A stretch of DNA of 32,000 nt from Ktedonobacterales bacterium (GTDB lineage: Bacteria > Chloroflexota > Ktedonobacteria > Ktedonobacterales > JADMIN01), in the NCBI GenBank assembly GCA_030167145.1, contig CP126532.1, forward strand, positions 3,210,001 to 3,242,000, in the 5' to 3' direction. A program made the translations under genes and the position numbers. Each line of letters opens with the position of its first letter. Positions within the stretch are counted from its first letter, which is position 1. A model generated the notes under the pieces. It was not told the origin of the DNA, searched no databases, and worked only from the letters and a program-made list of their open reading frames with translations. This document shows, piece after piece, positions 16,190-27,135 of the stretch.

Positions 16190-16338
16190 AGTACTCCCGC
16201 GGCTCTTAAGCCGCCCTCTGGATGATGAGCATGCCTGTCCAACTCCAGGCGAATCGGGCGCCATACTCCCACGTATTGTATCACGCCATCATCGCCCCCA
16301 CAAGCGACCAGTTCACCTGCAAGCATCCCCCCCGAGAG

Positions 16339-16370
16339 TATGACTTCGCGTATGACTTCGCGTATGACTT
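16339..16370 (+). repeat. 12-nt tandem repeat tatgacttcgcg x2 plus a partial third unit
   Basis: Read directly from the sequence. Lies 57-88 nt upstream of the -35 of rRNA promoter P1. Confidence 0.85.
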
Positions 16371-16403
16371 TTGGGGCCTCCCAGGCGAATCTTTACACAT
16401 TCC

Positions 16404-16455
16404 GCCCAAAAAACGAAAAATAGGCCTTGACAGCAACTCGTGCGTATGGCACAAT
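16404..16455 (+). promoter_or_regulatory. rRNA promoter P1: A-rich UP-like element + TTGACA-17-CACAAT
   Basis: -35 at 16427-16432 and -10 at 16450-16455. The upstream tract is cccaaaaaacgaaaaatagg. Confidence 0.6.
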
Positions 16456-16547
16456 CATGAGGCACCTTTCGACAGGTGTCCCGCGGCAGAGCGATACACT
16501 CCACCACTTGGGTGAAGCAACCCACGACCCAAATCTCGACGAGAGAC

Positions 16548-16576
16548 TTGACGTGGCATGCGTTCTGTAGTAAGCT
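16548..16576 (+). promoter_or_regulatory. rRNA promoter P2: TTGACG-17-TAAGCT
   Basis: -35 at 16548-16553 and -10 at 16571-16576, about 120 nt downstream of P1. Tandem promoters are typical of rrn operons. Confidence 0.5.
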
Positions 16577-16871
16577 AAGCGGGTGTCCTGTGAATTGGAC
16601 GGTTTGCCGCGCAAGCGGCACATCTCATCCATCCAGGGCGTACAAACTGCCCCAGCCACGCTGGGGACTACAGTCGGCACCTGAACAATCGCATACAGAT
16701 GATGTGGAAACCGCATGTGTGCGTCCTCAACGTGAGCCGCCCCAATCAGGCGCTCGCGACGAGACGTAAGACGCATGCGACGGAAGATTTACTTCAATTT
16801 TGCCGAAGCGAGCGAGAGGATCGCACGCGAGAATGAAGCATGTCTGAGCGTGGCATCACGGACAATGATGT

Positions 16872-19980
<3,109 letters not shown>

Positions 19981-20097
19981 CCTTCTCCTTTTGGAGATCC
20001 GTGATGCCACGCACTCGGACACGCGAGCATTTTCGCATCCTGCTCGCTCGCCCGGCAAAATTAAGGTAAATCTTCTCCACATCTTATGCGATTGTTT

Positions 20098-20222
20098 GCT
20101 GTGTCGGCAGTCTTGCACTGGTAGGGCGCCTGGCACCGTTCATCGTGAACGGCTCCGCCATCCACCCCGTAGGCCCGGTTGAGCGCAATGACGCGCTCCC
20201 GGGCCTATCTGCTTGCCACAGC
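20098..20222 (+). ncRNA. Structured 125-nt element at the expected 5S position (5S-like three-arm fold, lacks 5S consensus loops)
   Basis: Closing helix GCUGUGUCGGCAG / CUGCUUGCCACAGC. One arm contains CACCGUUC-AUCGU-GAACGG. A second arm is UAGGCCCGG-uu-GAGCGC-aaugac-GCGCUC-CCGGGCCUA (20170-20207). I could not find CCGAAC, GAUGGUA or GAGAGUAGG. Confidence 0.3.
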
Positions 20223-20587
20223 GCTGGCAGCGTCGCGGCCTCACTCTCGCATCTGGCGTGCATCATCAGCGCATCGTTGCTCGCTGGGTTGTTTCATAGA
20301 TTGCGGATTTGATATTTGTGTAACCGTGTAAGTCGTTTTCTCGTATAGTAAGTGAGATGCCGTAGCGGGATAGTCGCCCACACACCCTCACCGCCCGTCA
20401 TTCCCACATCTGGGACCTGTGGTGGCACTGATTTCGCAAGTGCCCCTCGTAGAAATGTGACGGAATGGTCGAGGGCCGCCGTGTATCTGACAGGGCCTAC
20501 CTGCCAGAGGCGTCCCCTGGTACGCGTAAGTGTGGCCGCTCCGCCTGTTTTCGCACGGAGCCGTGCTGGTGGGTGGGATTATTACTG

Positions 20588-21841
20588 ATGACAACACAGT
20601 CCACCAATACAACTGATTTCGACCGCCTCCTTAGCGAAAGCCGGAAGCGCGGGTATATACGTCGGTCCGATTTAGAAGCCGCTATCAAGGCCGCGAGCAC
20701 GAAGGAGGATACTTCTATTCAACAGCAGCCTCACCTACATGCTGATGACCAGCGGCACGGGGATGAAGTGGTGCCTGAAATACAGGAGCTTAGTGACCTT
20801 GACGCTGCCGTGGAACAGCTCCTGGCCGAAGACGTCGACATTGTTGACGACGAGGATGAGGAGGCCCGCGTGCAAGAGGACGAGGCAATCGAAAGTGAAA
20901 TCCATGCCATGGAAACCGATAGCGCGCCGCTCGTTGACCTGCCCGACGAGTCGGAGGCGGGTTCAGCGCGCCTGCGGCGAGTGCAAGAAGTAGCAAAGGC
21001 TGCCGAGCGCGGCGAAGCCGCCGAGGTAGACGCCATCACCGCCTACCTCCGCGAAATCGGCCGTGTCCCCATGCTCAGCCACGCACAAGAAATTGATCTC
21101 GCCAAACGTATTGAAGCCGGTGATAAAGAAGCAGTCCAGCAATTCGTGCTCGCCAACCTGCGCCTGGTCGTCAGCATTGCCAAGCGCTATGTCGGCCGTG
21201 GCCTCTCGCTCCTTGATCTCATCCAGGAAGGCAACATTGGCCTCATGCGCGCCGTCCAGCGCTACGACTGGCGCCGTGGCCACCGCTTCAGCACCCATGC
21301 CACCTGGTGGATCCGCCAGGCCATCAGCCGCGCCGTCGCTGATAAGGGCCGCGCCATTCGCCTGCCCGTCTACGTCAACACCGCCCTCAACCGTGTCCGC
21401 CGCGAGCGGCAGCGCCTCGTCCAAGAGATGGGCCGCGAGCCGACCGAGCAGGAAATGGCCGAGGCGCTTGGTATGGATGTCGAACGGCTGCACGAGTTGG
21501 AGGCCGCCCCTGGCACCCCCATCTCCCTCGAACTGCCCGTAGGCGAAGACGAGGAGCAAGAGCTGGGCGACGTGCTGGCCGATGAAGCCAGCACCTCCCC
21601 GGAGGAAGCCGCCACCACCCGCACCATGAAGCAAGAGGTGCAAGACGTCCTCACCGACGTCCTCACACCGCGCGAGCGGCTGGTACTTGAGTTGCGCTTC
21701 GGGCTGGGCAACGGCCACACCTTCCCGCTGGAACAAGTAGGCCGCCAGCTTGGCATCACCCGCGAGCGTGTCCGCCAGATCGAAGCTGGCGCCCTCGCCA
21801 AGCTCCGCCACCCCAAGGTGCTGGAGCGTCTGCGCAGCTAG
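20588..21841 (+). CDS. RNA polymerase sigma-70 family factor (RpoD/SigA-like, acidic N-terminal region)
   Basis: Start set at MTTQSTN (20588); the ORF runs from 20465. Contains [12 protein letters not shown] (region 1.2), [17 protein letters not shown] and [13 protein letters not shown] (region 2), and [12 protein letters not shown] (region 4.2). Confidence 0.85.
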   Translation: [417 protein letters not shown]

Positions 21842-21864
21842 CTTGCCTAGCCTGCGCTGCTATA

Positions 21865-21905
21865 GAAACTGGGCCTGATCGCATCATCCGATCAGGCCCA
21901 GTTTC
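21865..21905. terminator. Bidirectional intrinsic terminator between the sigma gene and ruvB
   Basis: Perfect 17-bp stem GAAACTGGGCCTGATCG / CGATCAGGCCCAGTTTC with a 7-nt loop. The AAA/TTT ends of the arms can serve either strand. Confidence 0.75.
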
Positions 21906-21919
21906 GTATTCGTCAACTC

Positions 21920-22963
21920 TCATTTTCCCTCATCCGGCGGGCTATCCCATAGCCCCAGATTCCCCGGCGTCGGGCGGTATGGCAGGCCGAGATGCTCGTA
22001 TGCCAGCCGCATCGCGATACGCCCGCGCGGCGTCCGCGCAATGAAGCCAAGCTGCAAGAGATACGGCTCCAGCACATCCTCGATGGTCTCCACCTCTTCG
22101 CTCATGCTCGCCGCCAGCGTCTCCACCCCCACCGGCCCGCCATCAAACTTCGTGATGATCGTCTGCAACAGCGCGCGGTCCGTCGGATCCAGCCCCCGCG
22201 TATCCACCTCCAGCGCCGTCAGCGCCGCCTGCGCCACCTCGCGCGTAATCACCCCATCCGCCCGCGCCTCCGCATAGTCGCGCGCCCTCCGCAGCAGCCG
22301 GTTCGCGATACGTGGCGTGCCGCGCGCCCGCCGCGCAATCTCCTCCTCGCCGCCGCCATCTATATGCACCCCCAAAATGTGCGCCGAACGGTGAATGATC
22401 GTCTGTAGCGCCGGCTCATCATAATATTGCAGGCGAAAGATCACCCCAAAGCGGTCGCGCAATGGCGCCGCCAGCGCCCCCAACCGCGTCGTCGCCCCCA
22501 CCACCGTGAATCGCTTCAGCGGCAGCCGCACACTCCGCGCCGACGGACCCTTACCGATGATCAAATCCAGCGCGAAATCCTCCATCGCCGAATACAGCCG
22601 CTCCTCCACCACCCGGCTTAAGCGATGAATCTCGTCAATGAACAGCACATCGCCCTCTTCGAGCGCTGTCAGAATCGAAGCCAGGTCGCCGGCATGCTCC
22701 ACCGCCGGGCCAGAGGTCATACGGATGCTCGCGCCCATCTCGCTTGCGATAATCAGCGAGAGCGACGTCTTGCCCAACCCCGGCGGCCCATACAGCAGCA
22801 CGTGATCGAGCGCCTCGCTACGCTTGCGCGCCGCTTCGAGCATAATGCTCAGATTCCCCTTCACGCTCTCCTGGCCAATATATTCATCGAGCTTGCGGGG
22901 ACGCAAACTGCCTTCCTGGACATCCTCATCGCCGTAATTTGACGACATAATCCGGTCCCCCAT
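21920..22963 (-). CDS. ruvB: Holliday junction branch migration DNA helicase RuvB
   Basis: [12 protein letters not shown], Walker [10 protein letters not shown], Walker [35 protein letters not shown] as RBS. Confidence 0.92.
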   Translation of the reverse strand: MGDRIMSSNYGDEDVQEGSLRPRKLDEYIGQESVKGNLSIMLEAARKRSEALDHVLLYGPPGLGKTSLSLIIASEMGASIRMTSGPAVEHAGDLASILTALEEGDVLFIDEIHRLSRVVEERLYSAMEDFALDLIIGKGPSARSVRLPLKRFTVVGATTRLGALAAPLRDRFGVIFRLQYYDEPALQTIIHRSAHILGVHIDGGGEEEIARRARGTPRIANRLLRRARDYAEARADGVITREVAQAALTALEVDTRGLDPTDRALLQTIITKFDGGPVGVETLAASMSEEVETIEDVLEPYLLQLGFIARTPRGRIAMRLAYEHLGLPYRPTPGNLGLWDSPPDEGK

Positions 22964-23040
22964 GCCTCACTCCAATTAATTCGCTAATACGCTTCTACTC
23001 TGGTAGATCCAGAACGCACGTTCTATCTTACCCAGGTCAT

Positions 23041-23049
23041 AGTATATCA
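23041..23049 (-). promoter_or_regulatory. Candidate extended -10 element TGATATACT upstream of ruvB
   Basis: Minus-strand 9-mer, 78 nt upstream of the ruvB ATG. No good -35. Confidence 0.35.
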
Positions 23050-23205
23050 TTCTTCATCACCAAAACGGTTCCGGCAGCACCTGGAGACTTTCCACTCTCC
23101 CTCGTTCCCCAGTCCGTGTCGGAGGCTTTCGCGGCCACGGGCCATGCGTAGGGGCGTCCGGTGGACGCCCTCTGCACGGTTTCAACCACCCGCTCCCCTG
23201 GTGTG

Positions 23206-23245
23206 CAAAAAATGGGCAGCGCGCCACATCTGGCGACCTCTGCCC
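23206..23245 (-). terminator. Intrinsic terminator ending the ABC-transporter operon
   Basis: Minus-strand read: GGGCAG-AGGU-CGCCA-GAUG-UGGCG-CG-CUGCCC followed by AUUUUUUG. Begins 36 nt after the stop at 23281. Confidence 0.65.
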
Positions 23246-23280
23246 ATCTACTCTACACCCAGCCGGTATCAACGCGCCAA

Positions 23281-23712
23281 TTACCGGCGCGAGGCCAAAA
23301 ACTTCTTCGCAGCGAACGCGGCCAGCGCGCCCACCGCAATCGTCGCCGCCCCGCCAATCAAGATTTCCTTCATCAGCTCAGGATGCTCTTTCAGCACGAA
23401 GCGGTGCATCGCCGCCACCTGCTGCGGTGTCGCCGTCGCCGGGTCCACCGCCGCCAGTTGTGCCGCCTCAGCGTCATCGCCACCCGCGCTCGCAATCTTA
23501 TCCTTGAACTGTTGTGCCGCCTGCTGAAGCTGCGCCTGCGACATATTCTCGTAATGCTGGTCGGTCACTTCCTGCACCAGCGCCGGGTCCGCATTCTGAT
23601 GGAACGAATCCACGGCGGTCGTCGCCTGGTCTGCGGGAATCTGGTCGTGCGTGCCCGCGTCATGATGATCGGCCAGCGCCTGCAATACCGGATGCGTAGG
23701 ATCGTTAAACAC
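23281..23712 (-). CDS. Hypothetical tail-anchored membrane protein
   Basis: Start moved to GTG 23712, 6 nt after the strong SD GGAGGAGG; the ORF runs to 23814. 143 aa with a C-terminal TM helix (ILIGGAATIAVGALAAFAA). No family recognised. Confidence 0.5.
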   Translation of the reverse strand: MFNDPTHPVLQALADHHDAGTHDQIPADQATTAVDSFHQNADPALVQEVTDQHYENMSQAQLQQAAQQFKDKIASAGGDDAEAAQLAAVDPATATPQQVAAMHRFVLKEHPELMKEILIGGAATIAVGALAAFAAKKFLASRR

Positions 23713-23876
23713 CAACAGCCTCCTCCACAAAGCATCAACAACACCGCCAGCAGTCGCGGCGACGGTTTTGCATGTCCGCACACCCCTGCGGCGAATCTTC
23801 GCCGGATAGCTCATCCACCGGCTCGCCTAGTGTACCACACGCCAGCTTCCGCCGCTAAGCCGGATCGCCCGCTATT

Positions 23877-24698
23877 TCAGCGAGCAGTGCGACGGCCATA
23901 GACCCACATATCCAGAGGGATGAGGACCAGGAGCATTCCCCCACACCAGACCAGCGCCTGCCAGAGAGCAGAGCTTGCGGGCTGATTGAGCAGCAGTCCG
24001 CGCACCGCGTCCATCATCAGCGACACGGGCTGATGCTCGGAGAAGGCCCGCAGCCAGCTAGGCATCGTGCTGACCGGCACGAAGGCGCTGCTGGCGAAGA
24101 TGAAGGGAAGGAGCCAGATGATGCCCGCCTGGGCAACCGCCTCTGGACTGGGGATGAGCAAGCCCACCAGCGCCGAGAGCCAGGAGAAGACGAGGCTCAC
24201 GAGCAGGACTAAGGCCGACGCCGCAATCCAGGCCAGAAAGGTTCCCGCTGGCTGGAAGCCAACCAGTAGTCCAATCGCCCAGGTGACCAGGATAACGAAG
24301 ATGTTGCGAAGCAGATCAGCAAAGATGCGCCCGGTCAGGACCGCCGAGGGCGCCATCGGGAGGGAGCGAAAGCGATCAATCAGACCACGTTTCAGGTCGT
24401 TCGCCACGCCGACGCCGGTGTTGGCGGAGGCGAAGACAGCGGACTGCACAAATGCGCCCGCCATCAGATAATTGATATAGCTGGTGCCCGGCACGTTAAT
24501 CGCCCCGCCAAAGAGATAGCGGAAGAGCAGCACGATGATGATCGGTTGCAACATGGCCGTGATCAGTTCATCCGGGACACGTGGAATCTGGCGAATCTGC
24601 CGTTTCGCGACTACCACCGCATCGGCCAGCGCCCAGTACAGCGCTGAGCGAGACCGCGCGGTAAGGCGCTCTGTTGGAGCAAACTGCCTGTTGTTCAT
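23877..24698 (-). CDS. ABC-2 type transporter permease (DrrB-like)
   Basis: 273 aa with about six hydrophobic segments. 4-nt start/stop overlap with the upstream ATPase gene. Confidence 0.85.
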   Translation of the reverse strand: MNNRQFAPTERLTARSRSALYWALADAVVVAKRQIRQIPRVPDELITAMLQPIIIVLLFRYLFGGAINVPGTSYINYLMAGAFVQSAVFASANTGVGVANDLKRGLIDRFRSLPMAPSAVLTGRIFADLLRNIFVILVTWAIGLLVGFQPAGTFLAWIAASALVLLVSLVFSWLSALVGLLIPSPEAVAQAGIIWLLPFIFASSAFVPVSTMPSWLRAFSEHQPVSLMMDAVRGLLLNQPASSALWQALVWCGGMLLVLIPLDMWVYGRRTAR

Positions 24699-25708
24699 TG
24701 GGATCTCCTGGTGGCTGGTTGGCGCTCCTCCGTCTCAGCGACCTCTTTTGCTTCAGTCGCTGTATGCCCGGTGAGGGTGAGAAAGACATCATCGAGCGTA
24801 GGTCGGCGCAGGGCCAAGTCAGTCAGGGTAATCTGGGCAGCGTCCAGATCGCGCACGATAGCGGCCAAGTGTTCCGCGCCGTGGGTTACCGGTACACCCA
24901 GATGGCGCTTGGCGGTATCCACCTGGACCTCGCCTGAACGATACGGGCCGAGCGCTTCCACCGCGACATCTAGCGCACTGCCTGGCGCGAGCGTGAGTTC
25001 CAGCCGCTCCCCTCCGACCTGCGCTTTCAACGCGTCGGCGGTGCCAGTGGCGATCACCCGTCCCTCATCAATGACGACAATCTGCTGGGCCAGGTGATCA
25101 GCCTCCTCCAGATACTGTGTGGTGAGAAAGATGGTGGTGCCAGATCTGGCCAGATCCTGGATAAGCGCCCACATGGTTAGCCGTCCACGCAGGTCCAGGC
25201 CGGTCGTCGGCTCGTCCAGAAACAGAATGGACGGGGCTAGAATGAGGCTGGCCGCCAGGTCCAGCCGCCGTCGCATGCCGCCGGAATACGTTTTGACAAG
25301 ACGCCCGGCAGCTTCGACCAGATCAAAGCGTTCGAGAAGGTCACGCGCGCGTCGCTTTGCTACTCCGCGTGACAAATGGGAGAGCTGCCTGAACAGGGTC
25401 AAGTTTTCGTAGCCAGTAAGCAACTCATCAACGGCGGCATATTGCCCTGCCAAGCCAATGCGCTCACGCACCGCTGCCGCCTGTGTAACGACATCCAGCC
25501 CGGCCACTTCCACCCGTCCGCTGTCAGGCTTGAGGAGCGTCGTCAGGATACGTACCGCCGTCGTTTTGCCCGCGCCATTGGGGCCGAGTGCTCCAAGCAC
25601 ACTGCCTGCTTCAACCACCAAATCCAGTCCGGCGAGGGCATGGGTCTTGCCGTAGGATTTGCACACCCCTTCAGCCAAAATCGCTGGAACCTTTGTCATA
25701 GAATACAT
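24695..25708 (-). CDS. ABC transporter ATP-binding protein (DrrA/daunorubicin-resistance-like)
   Basis: Walker A GPNGAGKTT, signature YSGGMRRRL, Walker B ILFLDEPTTGLD, plus the C-terminal extension typical of DrrA-like ATPases. Confidence 0.9.
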   Translation of the reverse strand: MYSMTKVPAILAEGVCKSYGKTHALAGLDLVVEAGSVLGALGPNGAGKTTAVRILTTLLKPDSGRVEVAGLDVVTQAAAVRERIGLAGQYAAVDELLTGYENLTLFRQLSHLSRGVAKRRARDLLERFDLVEAAGRLVKTYSGGMRRRLDLAASLILAPSILFLDEPTTGLDLRGRLTMWALIQDLARSGTTIFLTTQYLEEADHLAQQIVVIDEGRVIATGTADALKAQVGGERLELTLAPGSALDVAVEALGPYRSGEVQVDTAKRHLGVPVTHGAEHLAAIVRDLDAAQITLTDLALRRPTLDDVFLTLTGHTATEAKEVAETEERQPATRRSQ

Positions 25709-25776
25709 CCCTTAAAGCGTCGGCTCCCACGCGTCTAGCCAAGTCGTGAGGAGACACAGGTGCCGAACAACCGCTG

Positions 25777-26076
25777 TTAGGACTCCAATCGCTGGCTGTC
25801 CTGGTCCTGCCTACTTGTCCCCTGACGATCAAGCAAGGCCCCGATGCGGTGCTGCCAGCTTTTCAGGATGCGGGGCTGGCGCTCTCGCTCGCGCTCGATC
25901 TGCGCCTGCAATGACTGGTGGTTCCTCTGGACAAGATGGCGGCGATGTGCGGGAACCGCCGGGTGGGAACCGAGGATGACCGATAGAGGAGCATGTGGCT
26001 GCGTGTGGTTATGATCAGGAAGACCGAAGACCCGATGCAAGAGGGTCCAATGCCAGTGGCGGAGAACGTTCAACAT
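25777..26076 (-). CDS. Hypothetical His/Gln/Arg-rich small protein, first gene of the ABC operon
   Basis: Start set at MLNVLRHWHW (26076) with AGAGAGAGG as RBS; the ORF runs to 26136. 99 aa. No family recognised and the composition is unusual, so coding status is uncertain. Confidence 0.35.
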   Translation of the reverse strand: MLNVLRHWHWTLLHRVFGLPDHNHTQPHAPLSVILGSHPAVPAHRRHLVQRNHQSLQAQIERERERQPRILKSWQHRIGALLDRQGTSRQDQDSQRLES

Positions 26077-26121
26077 GCGTGTGTGGCCTCTCTCTTTTGA
26101 CTTATCGGTTCCAAAAAAATG

Positions 26122-26182
26122 GTTTCGCGGAAACAATTATACCAGGAGCAGCAGATCCTTGTCAAGATTGTTTCCACGAAAC
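26122..26182. promoter_or_regulatory. Two GTTTC-N3-GAAAC palindromes (candidate MarR operators)
   Basis: GTTTCgcgGAAAC at 26122-26134 and GTTTCcacGAAAC at 26170-26182, in the divergent region between the ABC operon and the MarR gene. Confidence 0.5.
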
Positions 26183-26199
26183 TTTATGAGTTGCCCAAT

Positions 26200-26208
26200 T
26201 GATATACT
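26200..26208 (+). promoter_or_regulatory. Candidate extended -10 element TGATATACT for the MarR gene
   Basis: 45 nt upstream of the ATG at 26253. Identical 9-mer to the one upstream of ruvB. Confidence 0.4.
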
Positions 26209-26252
26209 GATTACAGACAGGAGCAGAAGAGAAGTACGAGGGGGAGCGCGCC

Positions 26253-26846
26253 ATGTCCAGCATTTCAGAGGATCAGACAAGCAACAGCGATGAGTCCGAG
26301 CCGCTCATCTCGCAGATTCTGGTGCTGCTGGCAAAAGTCACGGAGCGATTCGAATCAGCGGAGAATGAGGAGTCACGGTGGCTGGCGCAGCACAGCCACA
26401 ACCCGCTGATTGTAGAACTACTGCGCGATTCAACGGTGACCGCGCTGCGCGTGGTAGATGCCATTGGGAGGTTGAATCTGGTGAATGGCAGCACCATTTC
26501 CGCGCAATTTCGGATTCCCAAGGGCACCGTCTCGAAAGTGACACGGCGTTTGATCGCTCAAAAATTGGTGAGTACCGAGTCTTTGCCGAACAACAAAAAG
26601 GAAATCCTGTTTCGTCTGACCCCGCTGGGTCGAGATCTGTTTCAGGTGCATCGTGCCTTTGATGAGCAGATGGAGCGCGGCTTTAGGCGGTTCTTGCAGC
26701 GCTACGATCCCAATGAACTGCGCCTTCTGGTGCGCGTGCTAGGTGAGGCAATCGAAGTCTCGTTCTTGACCTTGGGTCCCTCAGAGCCAGCAGTACGGGA
26801 ACAAGCAGAGGAAAGCATAAGACAGCAAGCAACAGATGGTATGTAA
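26253..26846 (+). CDS. MarR family transcriptional regulator
   Basis: 197 aa. Winged-helix core (STISAQFRIPKGTVSKVTRRLIAQKLV ... KKEILFRLTPLGRDL). Divergent from an efflux-type ABC operon. Confidence 0.85.
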   Translation: MSSISEDQTSNSDESEPLISQILVLLAKVTERFESAENEESRWLAQHSHNPLIVELLRDSTVTALRVVDAIGRLNLVNGSTISAQFRIPKGTVSKVTRRLIAQKLVSTESLPNNKKEILFRLTPLGRDLFQVHRAFDEQMERGFRRFLQRYDPNELRLLVRVLGEAIEVSFLTLGPSEPAVREQAEESIRQQATDGM

Positions 26847-26989
26847 TCACTCGCGATTGCCGACAGAGAAAAATGGCACGCGACTTCGAGATAAAGCATG
26901 AGGCGCAATCCTGGGGCAGGTAAGGCCACTTCGAGCCATAATCGCTGGCATGCGGGCATCGAAACGTTCCGCCACCATGCCTACAACGC

Positions 26990-27018
26990 TTGACAGCCCG
27001 CGCCAACCAATGATACAA
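26990..27018 (+). promoter_or_regulatory. Candidate argCB promoter TTGACA-17-(TG)ATACAA
   Basis: -35 at 26990-26995 and -10 at 27013-27018, preceded by TG. Leaves a leader of about 110 nt. Confidence 0.45.
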
Positions 27019-27135
27019 GCACTGTGTACCCCGCAACGCCGCCGGTGCGCTCCAAGGTCGGAGCTACACCACACCGACGTGCCCCGGCGCTTCCCGCGCT
27101 GGCGCACGCACAAGGCACGCAAAGGATACGCACCC

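Noticed and set aside
14693-16370. The short tandem repeats read as a CRISPR array or as minisatellite-type contingency loci.
   Set aside because: Each has only 2-3 units, the units abut with no spacers, the lengths are 12-14 nt, and there are no cas genes. They are reported only as tandem duplications.
19981-20590. A canonical 5S rRNA gene or tRNA genes downstream of the 23S.
   Set aside because: No CCGAAC, GAUGGUA or GAGAGUAGG motif on either strand, and no cloverleaf-compatible TTCGAAT/GTTCGA box. Only the atypical 125-nt element is reported. Absence of a 5S is by eye, not by covariance model.
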